Part shown: positions 28,851 to 36,441 of the stretch, one piece after another | Layout: each line of letters begins with the position of its first letter | Numbering within the stretch: position 1 is the first letter of the stretch | From: Treponemataceae bacterium | GTDB lineage: Bacteria; Spirochaetota; Spirochaetia; Treponematales; Rectinemataceae | Direction: 5' to 3' | NCBI GenBank assembly: GCA_963667725.2 | Contig: CAXXHO010000003.1 | Coordinates: forward strand, 1,664,001-1,728,000 | DNA length: 64,000 bases | The notes under the pieces: generated by a model | Database searches by the model: none | Told to the model about the DNA's origin: nothing | Seen by the model: the letters and a program-made list of their open reading frames with translations, nothing else | Made by a program: the position numbers and the translations under genes

Positions 28851-28933
28851 ATAAAACGATCTACAGGGAACTGGACACCCCCACGATGTTTATCGACCAG
28901 GGGATCATGTTGGACAATCTTAGGAAAAGTTGA
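28851..28933 (+). pseudogene. N-terminal stub of a D-threonine aldolase/DSD1-type (alanine racemase-like barrel) PLP enzyme
   Basis: After a GGAG, the frame from 28853 reads KTIYRELDTPTMFIDQGIMLDNLRKS*, resembling the ELDTPxxxID...NL start of this family; the start looks damaged (AT-AAA). Confidence 0.5.
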
Positions 28934-28957
28934 AAGAATAGATATTCGTCGATTTCC

Positions 28958-29731
28958 TTACTGTCCGCTGATGATCGCTATGCTCGAGCTCGCACCGATC
29001 CGGGTAGCGCCCGCCTTGATCATCGTCACCGCGTCGTTGTAAGTCCTGACGCCGCCCGAAGCCTTCACGCCCATTTTCGGTCCGACCGTTCTGCGCATGA
29101 GAGCGATATCGGCGGCCGTGGCCCCGCTCTTGCTGAAGCCGGTCGATGTCTTCACGAAATCGGCGCCTATATCCTTCGCGATCTGGCAGGCGAGCACTTT
29201 TTCCTCGTCGGTCAAAAGGCAGGTCTCGATGATCACCTTGAGCACGATGCCGCTCCTGCAGGCCCTGCGGACCGCGAGCATGTCTTCCCGCACCGTCTTC
29301 AAGTCCTTGGACTTCATCGCGCCGACATTCATCACCATATCGATTTCAGCGGCCCCGCTCGCGACGGCCTGGCGGGCCTCGAAGCTTTTCGCCCTCGTGT
29401 CCATGGCCCCGAGGGGGAATCCGACCACGGCGCAGGTTTTCACGCCGCTTCCGCCGAGCCTTCGCACGCAGCGCTCGACCCAGGAAGAGTTGACGCAGAC
29501 CGAATAGAAGCGGTACTTGGCCGCCTCGTCGCAGAGCAGGTCCACCTGTTCGGGCGCCGCGTCGGGCTTGAGAAGGGTGTGGTCGATGTATTTCGGCAGA
29601 TCCGAAGGAAGGATCGTGTCCTCGACGGAAGTCGGGCGAGCCGGGCCGCCGGAAGCTTGAGCCCCCGCCGCGGGAGCCATCCTGGCGATGACTTCCTCGA
29701 CAATCTTCTGAATAATTTGATTCTGGTCCAT
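28958..29731 (-). CDS. deoC: Deoxyribose-phosphate aldolase with N-terminal BMC encapsulation peptide
   Basis: MDQNQIIQKIVEEVIARM amphipathic helix, Ala/Pro linker, then full DeoC motifs (IDHTLLKP, KVIIET, KTSTGF, VKASGG); TGATG overlap with rpiB. Confidence 0.93.
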   Translation of the reverse strand: MDQNQIIQKIVEEVIARMAPAAGAQASGGPARPTSVEDTILPSDLPKYIDHTLLKPDAAPEQVDLLCDEAAKYRFYSVCVNSSWVERCVRRLGGSGVKTCAVVGFPLGAMDTRAKSFEARQAVASGAAEIDMVMNVGAMKSKDLKTVREDMLAVRRACRSGIVLKVIIETCLLTDEEKVLACQIAKDIGADFVKTSTGFSKSGATAADIALMRRTVGPKMGVKASGGVRTYNDAVTMIKAGATRIGASSSIAIISGQ

Positions 29732-30222
29732 CAGTTGAAAGAGCCTCCTCGCTCGAGCGCCATTATTTTGTTTATGCGCACAATATGTCGGCCGCCCGCG
29801 AAACGCGTTTCCAGCCATACTTTTACCATCTGCGCGAGCTGGTCCGGTCCATGAAGCGGCCCGCCCAGGCTCAGCACGTTCGCGTTGTTGTGTTCCCTGG
29901 AGTTGACGATGGTCCGCAGATCATAGCACATCGCCGCCCTTATGCCTCGTACCTTGTTGGCCGCCATGCAGGAACCGATGCCCGCGCCGTCGAGGACGAT
30001 GCCCCGCTCGCAGTCGCCCGAGACCACCTTGCGGCAGACGGCCGCGGCGATGTCGGGATAATCCACCTTATCGGTTCCGAAGCAGCCGACGTCCACGACG
30101 CGGTAGCCCAGAATCTGAAGGTACTTCACCAGCGTTTCCTTCTGGCTCACCGCCCCGTGATCGGCCCCTATCGCCACGCTCCGCACGAGATCGACAGGTT
30201 CGCCGTTCGTTTCATCGCTCAT
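29731..30222 (-). CDS. rpiB: RpiB/LacA/LacB family sugar-phosphate isomerase (BMC-associated)
   Basis: AIGADHG, DYPD, DGAGIGSCMAANKV.GIRA, REHNNANVL, F.GGRH..RI.KI. Confidence 0.9.
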   Translation of the reverse strand: MSDETNGEPVDLVRSVAIGADHGAVSQKETLVKYLQILGYRVVDVGCFGTDKVDYPDIAAAVCRKVVSGDCERGIVLDGAGIGSCMAANKVRGIRAAMCYDLRTIVNSREHNNANVLSLGGPLHGPDQLAQMVKVWLETRFAGGRHIVRINKIMALERGGSFN

Positions 30223-30500
30223 ATATTTTCCTCGATGTCAATTCTATCGATGATGCCGCAAATCGCCGTCCTTATGGTGAGGGCGCCCTCGTCGCCGACT
30301 ACGTTTCTCGCCGAACCGCCTTCGTCGACGAGGAGGACCCTGTCGCCAATCCCCGCCTGCACGCCGTCGACGGCGAGGAGGACTTTCCCCTTCGGCGCGC
30401 CCGAGGCGTCCAGGGGCTGGACCATGAAGAGCTTGTGCCCCACATAGTCGCGGTGCTTTTCCGTGGAAACCACGTTGGCCACTACTCTGCCGACGATCAT
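30219..30500 (-). CDS. BMC-P pentamer (EutN/CcmL family)
   Basis: GRVVANVVSTEK, AVDGVQAGIGDRVL, GGSAR, ICGIID. Confidence 0.92.
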   Translation of the reverse strand: MIVGRVVANVVSTEKHRDYVGHKLFMVQPLDASGAPKGKVLLAVDGVQAGIGDRVLLVDEGGSARNVVGDEGALTIRTAICGIIDRIDIEENI

Positions 30501-30775
30501 GGTGCCTCTTCCGCGTTTACCGCGTCGACGATGCCGATGATGGCGGCATCCCCGGGGTTGAACCAACCGTTGGGATTGGCCTGGGCCGCTTCCTTGCCCG
30601 ACTCGAAGAAAACGAGGTCGCCTTCGCCCGCCTTCACCGTGTCGTATGCAACGAGCACGGGACCGGCATCCACGAGGCGCTGATCGAGCGGCTGCACGAG
30701 GAGCAACTTGAGACCATCCAGATAGGGGAGCTTCTGCGTGCTCACCACCCTGCCCACAACCTTGCCTAATTTCAT
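30497..30775 (-). CDS. BMC-P pentamer (EutN/CcmL family)
   Basis: GKVVGRVVSTQK, GLKLLLVQP, AYDTVKAGEGD, DAAIIGIVD. Confidence 0.92.
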   Translation of the reverse strand: MKLGKVVGRVVSTQKLPYLDGLKLLLVQPLDQRLVDAGPVLVAYDTVKAGEGDLVFFESGKEAAQANPNGWFNPGDAAIIGIVDAVNAEEAP

Positions 30776-30785
30776 GCTTGTACCT

Positions 30786-32270
30786 TCATATGATCCTGAA
30801 CGCGTCGACGAGGGTACATCGGCGTTCGCGGGTGAACGTGAGCGGCCTCGTGATACCCTCGCCAGTGGGGCTCGCTATGGTGAACGACGTGTACCCCGCC
30901 CCGCCCTGTCCGAGCCCCGCGTAGCAGGGACCATTCTTGATGAAAAGCGAACAGTTCATGGCCTTGGCCATGCGTGACAGCTTTTCGATATCGTGCGAGT
31001 GGATCATGGCCGAGTGTCTGCACCCCCGCTCCACGATCACGGCGAAATCGATCGCTTCGTCCACGGTGCTCATCCGCACAAGGGGAAGCACCGGCATGAG
31101 CTGCTCCGTCCACACGAGGGGGTGCTCGCGCCCGACTTCCATGAGGAGGAGCCTCGTCGCGGCCGGCACTTCGATGCCCGCCGCCCTCGCGATGTACTGG
31201 GGGCTTTTCCCCACGTAGGCCTTGTTCGGGCTCCCGTCTCTTCCGGGGACGCCCGGCTCGGCGATGACGAGCTTCGTTACCGCGTCGATCTGCGCCCCGG
31301 TGAGTTCGAAGGCGCCGTTCTTTTTCATTTCCTCTTTCAACCGGTCGGCGATCGAGGCGACGGCGAGGACTTCCTTTTCGCAGATGCACACGATGTTGTG
31401 ATCGAAGCTCGCGCCCGCCACGATATCCCTGCCCGCCTTGACGATGTCGGCCGTCGAGTCGACCACGCAGGGGGGATTGCCCGGTCCAGCGCAGATGGCT
31501 TTCTTGCCGCTGCCCATGGCCGCGGCGACGACGCCTGGTCCGCCCGTCACGACGAGGAGGGAAATTCCCCTGTGTTTCATGAGGGAGCCCGCCGACTCGA
31601 TGGTGGGATTTCCCACGGCGCAGAGGAGGTTTTTGGGCCCGCCTTCGGAGACGATCGCGTCATTGAACATGCGCACGAGGCGGCAGGAAATGTCCTTGGC
31701 GTTGGGGTGCACGTTGAAGACGACGCTGTTGCCCGCCGCTATCATGCCAATCGCGTTGCAGGTAATCGTGGCGATGGGATTGGTCACTGGAGTGATCGCG
31801 CCGATGACGCCCCAGGGGGCGTGTTCGGTGAGGGTGAGCCCATGCTCGTCCGTGCTCGCGGAAGGCAGGATATCCTCGACACCGGGCGTCTTGGTCGCCG
31901 CGAGGGCGTTCTTTATCTGCTTGTCGGCAACGTTCCCGAGGCCGGTTTCGGCGACAGCCTGGGCCGACAGATCGGTATTGTTCCAGAGTATCACGCGCCG
32001 CATCGCCGCGATCATCGCTTTTCGCGTGTCGAGGGGAAGGGCCACCAACTCCCGCTGGGCGATGGCGGCCGCGGCGACAGCCTGATCCACGTCGGGGAAA
32101 ATCCCCGGCATGCCCATGGCTACGGCACTAGGCGCGGCACCGGGCGCGGCAGCCGGCACCCCCGCCTCCGACGGGGCGCCGGAGGTACTTGCGTTCAGCA
32201 AGGCCGAGATGTCGGGGCTTTTCAGCACCTGCTCAACGACCAAGCGTATATCATCAGCCAGATTAGCCAT
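30786..32270 (-). CDS. CoA-acylating aldehyde dehydrogenase (EutE/PduP-like) with N-terminal encapsulation peptide
   Basis: MANLADDIRLVVEQVLKS then linker; PWGVIGAITPVTNP, TGGPGVV, AGPGNPP, FDHNIVCICEK, EQLMP, TIASPTGEG. Confidence 0.93.
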   Translation of the reverse strand: MANLADDIRLVVEQVLKSPDISALLNASTSGAPSEAGVPAAAPGAAPSAVAMGMPGIFPDVDQAVAAAAIAQRELVALPLDTRKAMIAAMRRVILWNNTDLSAQAVAETGLGNVADKQIKNALAATKTPGVEDILPSASTDEHGLTLTEHAPWGVIGAITPVTNPIATITCNAIGMIAAGNSVVFNVHPNAKDISCRLVRMFNDAIVSEGGPKNLLCAVGNPTIESAGSLMKHRGISLLVVTGGPGVVAAAMGSGKKAICAGPGNPPCVVDSTADIVKAGRDIVAGASFDHNIVCICEKEVLAVASIADRLKEEMKKNGAFELTGAQIDAVTKLVIAEPGVPGRDGSPNKAYVGKSPQYIARAAGIEVPAATRLLLMEVGREHPLVWTEQLMPVLPLVRMSTVDEAIDFAVIVERGCRHSAMIHSHDIEKLSRMAKAMNCSLFIKNGPCYAGLGQGGAGYTSFTIASPTGEGITRPLTFTRERRCTLVDAFRII

Positions 32271-32281
32271 GCTCTCTCCCG

Positions 32282-32572
32282 TCACTCCTGCTTCCAGACA
32301 TAGGCGCCGCCCTGATCGATCGCGTCGATGATGGCGACGATGAGCGCGTCCATCGGCTTGTTGTCGGTGATGTAGGTCCACCGGCAGGAACTGCCCTGCG
32401 TCACTAGGACGAGGTGTCCCCGACTGGCGCCCACCATGTCAAGCGCGACCAGGTACTCGCCCTTGCCCTTCCCTCCCTGATCACACTCTTCCAAGAGGAG
32501 GAAACGCGGATTCTCGACACCGTCCGACCTCTGGTCGGCGACGACGGTGCCGCACACACGTGCCAGGGTCAT
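32282..32572 (-). CDS. BMC-P pentamer (EutN/CcmL family)
   Basis: ARVCGTVVA, VALDMVGA, QGSSCR, DALIVAIID. Confidence 0.9.
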   Translation of the reverse strand: MTLARVCGTVVADQRSDGVENPRFLLLEECDQGGKGKGEYLVALDMVGASRGHLVLVTQGSSCRWTYITDNKPMDALIVAIIDAIDQGGAYVWKQE

Positions 32573-32874
32573 TCCTGGGCCGCCGCCTTCTCATAGGTGA
32601 AGGCGCCGTCTTTTTCTATGGCATCCACGATCGCGATGATCGTGGCGTCGGAAGGTTTCCCTTTCGTTGTCTCCGTCATACGCGCGCTCGATCCTGTCAC
32701 GAAGAACACGATCTCGCCCGCATTGGCTCCCACGCTGTCGATTCCCACCACGAAATCGCCCTTGCCCTTCATGCTGACGGGGTCGATTTTTTCCAGGAGA
32801 AGGAGTTTGAGTCCTTCCATGGAGGAGGATTTATGCGTGGAGACCACAGTCCCCTTCACCCGTGCGAGTACCAT
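32569..32874 (-). CDS. BMC-P pentamer (EutN/CcmL family)
   Basis: ARVKGTVVSTHK, GIDSVGANAGE, TGSSAR, DATIIAIVD. Confidence 0.92.
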   Translation of the reverse strand: MVLARVKGTVVSTHKSSSMEGLKLLLLEKIDPVSMKGKGDFVVGIDSVGANAGEIVFFVTGSSARMTETTKGKPSDATIIAIVDAIEKDGAFTYEKAAAQE

Positions 32875-32888
32875 CGGGTATCTCCCTC

Positions 32889-33200
32889 TTATTTCTTGCT
32901 TTTGGATGAGGCGGGCTTCCTGCCTAAGGGCAGGGCCGCGTCCACCGATTCGTGCGGCCTCGGGATCACGTGGGTCGACACAACCTCTCCGACCTTCTCC
33001 GCCGACCTCTGTCCAGCGTCCACGGCCGCGCGGCAGGCCGCGACATCGCCGCGCACGATAGCCGTCACGTAGCCGCCGCCGATCTTCTCGAAACCGACAA
33101 GATCGACCTTCGCCGCCTTCACCATCGCGTCGGCCGCTTCCACCATCGCCGCGAATCCCCGGGTTTCAATCATGCCGAGCGCATCGTTCGTATCTGCCAT
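32889..33200 (-). CDS. BMC-H hexamer shell protein
   Basis: [35 protein letters not shown]. Confidence 0.96.
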   Translation of the reverse strand: MADTNDALGMIETRGFAAMVEAADAMVKAAKVDLVGFEKIGGGYVTAIVRGDVAACRAAVDAGQRSAEKVGEVVSTHVIPRPHESVDAALPLGRKPASSKSKK

Positions 33201-33260
33201 TTCATTCTCTCCTTATCGTTCGTCTGTTCCGCCTTCACCGCGGCGGATTCCGGACAGCGT

Positions 33261-33902
33261 TCAGATTCTCGAGACGTTCGCCGCGAGGACCCTTCCTCCG
33301 AGGCCGGCGAGCCTGGCTTCCACCACTTTTCTCGCCTCGATGACTTCGGCTTCAGCACCCGCGATGTAGACCCTGCCGAATGCCCCGAAGCCCACCACTT
33401 CGATGATGTTGACGTCCGCCGTCTTTTCGGCTTCGTTCGCGGCGTAATAAGCGTATCCCGCGGGTTCGACTTCGAGGACGTAGAGGGTATCGCCCCGCAG
33501 GACCATGTTCCCGTGCCTCACCTTGTTGATCAGCTGGGCGTGATGGTCGGAAATGTTCTTGATGAGCTGGCTTGTCATGACGCGGGGCTTCAGCCTGCTC
33601 TCCTCGGTCATGCCGAGCTCGCGGAGTACGGCTTCGCCGGCCATGCGCGCGTCGCCCTGGCTGTCGGAATGCACTTCGAGAAGGCCGTAGGCTCGCTCGA
33701 CGATTTGCAGGCCGGGCGTGACGTTGGTCGCCTTGAGGGCGATATCGGTGAGTCTGTTGATTTCAATGCCGGGGGATATCTCGATCACGCAGCAAGCCTG
33801 CATGCCGATCGGATAGTAGCCCTTGCTGATGGTCGCGATGAACGAAGCGTTCTGCAGCTGGAGAGAGTCCAGAAAAACGTAGGTTCTCAGATCTACCGCC
33901 AT
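33261..33902 (-). CDS. BMC-T trimer, CcmP/CsoS1D-like (double-stacking type)
   Basis: DLRTYVFLDSLQ, EISPGIEIN..TDIALKAT, VERAYGLLE, EVEPAGYA..AANEAEK, GAFGRVY. Confidence 0.92.
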   Translation of the reverse strand: MAVDLRTYVFLDSLQLQNASFIATISKGYYPIGMQACCVIEISPGIEINRLTDIALKATNVTPGLQIVERAYGLLEVHSDSQGDARMAGEAVLRELGMTEESRLKPRVMTSQLIKNISDHHAQLINKVRHGNMVLRGDTLYVLEVEPAGYAYYAANEAEKTADVNIIEVVGFGAFGRVYIAGAEAEVIEARKVVEARLAGLGGRVLAANVSRI

Positions 33903-33905
33903 TGT

Positions 33906-34208
33906 TTATTCCTCCGTCCCTGACCTGCCGAGGGGCAGCGCCGCGTCCACCGATCCATGCGGCCTCGGGATCACGTGGGTCGAAACCACTTCGCCCACTT
34001 TCTCCGCCGACCTTACGCCGGCGTCCACAGCCGCCCTGCATGCCGCCACATCGCCGCGAACGATCGCGGTCACATAGCCGCCGCCGATTTTCTCGAAACC
34101 GACCAGGTCGACCTTCGCCGCCTTCACCATAGCGTCGGCCGCTTCAACCATCGCCGCGAAGCCCCGGGTCTCGATCATCCCGAGCGCGTCGTTCGTTCTT
34201 TCCGCCAT
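33906..34208 (-). CDS. BMC-H hexamer shell protein
   Basis: Near-identical paralog of 32889..33200; GGAGGGG RBS before the ATG at 34208. Confidence 0.96.
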   Translation of the reverse strand: MAERTNDALGMIETRGFAAMVEAADAMVKAAKVDLVGFEKIGGGYVTAIVRGDVAACRAAVDAGVRSAEKVGEVVSTHVIPRPHGSVDAALPLGRSGTEE

Positions 34209-34277
34209 ATCCCCTCCTGCTTCCACTCTCCAGTCATTCCGTCGACCCGGAAATTCCGGGTTTCCATAGATAGAATC

Positions 34278-35264
34278 TCAGCGACGCACTATTTCCGTCG
34301 CGGTGTTCTCGTCGGTTATCAGCACGTTTATGTACTTCTGCCGCATCGCCGCTATGATGGCGCCCGTCTTCCCTGCCCCGCCGGCGACGCCGATGCAGAT
34401 TTTCCGATCTTCCCTCAGCGCTTCCAGGGGTATCCCTATCACGCGGTCGTGCACCTCGTCCTCGATGATGTTTCCATAGGCGTCGAAAAATCGGCTGAGA
34501 ATGTCGCCGACAGCTCCCTTTCCGACGAGTCTTTCGAGATCCTGCCCGGAGAGGTATCCCATCTGGAAAAGGCTCGCGGAACTCGACATCTCCCCTATGG
34601 AAATAATATTGATGTCAGCCCTGGAGGCGATGTCAAGCACGTCGTGAATCCAGGGTTCAGACTTGAAAACCTCGGCCCTCTCCTTGGTCTGCGCGATCGC
34701 CGGCGCCCAGATGTTGTAGAAGGGGGAATCGAGTTTGCCCGCTATCTTCTGCCCCATCAGGAAAGGATTCATCGACACGTTGAGCATCAGGTTCCCGATG
34801 AGCGAGACGACATCGATCTTCGCCTCGATGTTCTGGGGCTCGAAATAGTCGGCGAGGTAGGCTGTCGTGCTGCCCCAGCCCACGCCGAGGATGCAATCCC
34901 CGATGGAGCCCAGCCTGCGCTCGAGATAGAGGGCGCCGGCCTTGGCGAAGGACTTCCGCAAACCTTCGGAATCGGTGTGCGGAGAAGGGACGACGACGGC
35001 GTCCTTGAGCCCGTACTTCTCCTTCAACTTCTCTTCGATGCCGAGGAGATTGACGCGGGGGTGTTTGAGCGTGAATCTGATGATCTCCAGATCCCTCGCC
35101 TTTTCCAGATAGCGCTGCACCTTCTGGCGGGAAAGAAAAACCACCTCGGCGATCTCGGCCTGGGTCAGCTTCTCCTTGTAATACAGCCAGGCGATTCGCG
35201 TGACGAGATCCTCCTCGGAATCACCGAAGAGAGCCAGGTCCGCATCGTCCTTTTTAACCGCCAT
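34278..35264 (-). CDS. SorC/DeoR(B. subtilis)/LsrR family sugar-binding transcriptional regulator
   Basis: AWLYY..LTQAEIA...SRQKVQR, GVGWGST, GAVGDI..RFFD, AGG..K..AI, LITDE. Confidence 0.93.
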   Translation of the reverse strand: MAVKKDDADLALFGDSEEDLVTRIAWLYYKEKLTQAEIAEVVFLSRQKVQRYLEKARDLEIIRFTLKHPRVNLLGIEEKLKEKYGLKDAVVVPSPHTDSEGLRKSFAKAGALYLERRLGSIGDCILGVGWGSTTAYLADYFEPQNIEAKIDVVSLIGNLMLNVSMNPFLMGQKIAGKLDSPFYNIWAPAIAQTKERAEVFKSEPWIHDVLDIASRADINIISIGEMSSSASLFQMGYLSGQDLERLVGKGAVGDILSRFFDAYGNIIEDEVHDRVIGIPLEALREDRKICIGVAGGAGKTGAIIAAMRQKYINVLITDENTATEIVRR

Positions 35265-35288
35265 TGGTAGAAGCATCCTCCGCACTGT

Positions 35289-35355
35289 TAAACTTTTGCT
35301 CACATATTGAATATCTGCTCAATCTCAAGATACCGCATCTTTATTTAGCTGTCAA
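35289..35355 (-). promoter_or_regulatory. BMC operon promoter with putative SorC-family operator
   Basis: TTGACA-N17-TATCTT followed by ATTGAGCAGATATTCAAT and GTGAGCAAAAGTTTAA (tandem imperfect palindromes). Confidence 0.7.
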
Positions 35356-35382
35356 GCGTCGCCATCCCTCGCTTCGTCTTCT

Positions 35383-36441
35383 CTATTTCTTCTCCATGAT
35401 GGCGGGGTTGGCCAGGAATTGCGGACGCGCGCCGGCATGGAGGCGGAGAAATTGGGCGCGCATCAAATTGGGCGCGTTCCAATAGGAGTTTCGCGTATCG
35501 CCCGCCCTGTGATTGGTGAGGGTGAGCCTGTCGTATTTCAGCAGCGGGCTGTCCGCGGGCAGAGGTTCTACGTCAAATACATCGAGGGCAACCCCGCCAA
35601 TGCTCTTTTCCTCCAAGGCCGCGATCAGCGCGGCTTCGTCGATGAGGCCTGAACGAGCGGTATTTATCAGGTAGGCGCCGGGCTTCATGGCCGCGAATTC
35701 CTTCGCCCCGATCATGCCAGCGGTCTTAGGGCTGAGCCGCACATGCAGGGAGATGATATCGGCCGACACGATGAGTTCGTCCAGCGACACCGCCCTGAAT
35801 CCATCCCTCTCGATGACATCGGCCGGCACAAAGGGATCGGCGACGAGGATCTCGGCGTCGAAAGCCCTCAGTTTTCGCGCCACGAGGCGGCCGGTCTGGC
35901 CGTATCCCGCGATTCCGATCTTCAGCTCGTTGAGTTCGGGAATATATGCCGAGTTTGAGTAGGCTTCACGCCAGGTCCCCTGCTTTAATGCGTAATAGGA
36001 ACGCGCGATGTTGCGCGTCTCGGCTATCATGAGTCCTATGGCATACTCTGCCACGGCCTGGGCGTTGTGGTGAGGCGTGTGGATGACGGCTATTCCACGC
36101 CTCGTGGCTTCGGCGACGTCGATATTTTCCAGCCCGCCGCGCGCCGAAAGAATAACCTTCAGCCTTGGACACTGATCCATCAAAGCCTTGCTCACCGGGC
36201 AGATATGCACCGCCAGGACCTCCGCATCCCTGGCCAGGGCGGGAAGATCGGCGGGGTAAGGCAGGCCGGAAGGTCCATGCTGCTCAAGAAGCCGCCAGAC
36301 AGTCCTGATTTCAGCCCTATCTTTCACGACAAAATCGGTGGTCGATACATCTTCCACTATGGTTTCGATCCCGTCGCCACGAAAAACCTTCGCCAGGATC
36401 TGTGTCGGCAACAAGTAATCTCCTACGACCACTCCCTTCAT
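35383..36441 (-). CDS. D-isomer-specific 2-hydroxyacid dehydrogenase (SerA-like)
   Basis: RGGLENID, AVAEY, GIAGYGQTG, SLHVRL, INTARSG, ALDVFDVEP, TNHRAG. Confidence 0.9.
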   Translation of the reverse strand: MKGVVVGDYLLPTQILAKVFRGDGIETIVEDVSTTDFVVKDRAEIRTVWRLLEQHGPSGLPYPADLPALARDAEVLAVHICPVSKALMDQCPRLKVILSARGGLENIDVAEATRRGIAVIHTPHHNAQAVAEYAIGLMIAETRNIARSYYALKQGTWREAYSNSAYIPELNELKIGIAGYGQTGRLVARKLRAFDAEILVADPFVPADVIERDGFRAVSLDELIVSADIISLHVRLSPKTAGMIGAKEFAAMKPGAYLINTARSGLIDEAALIAALEEKSIGGVALDVFDVEPLPADSPLLKYDRLTLTNHRAGDTRNSYWNAPNLMRAQFLRLHAGARPQFLANPAIMEKK

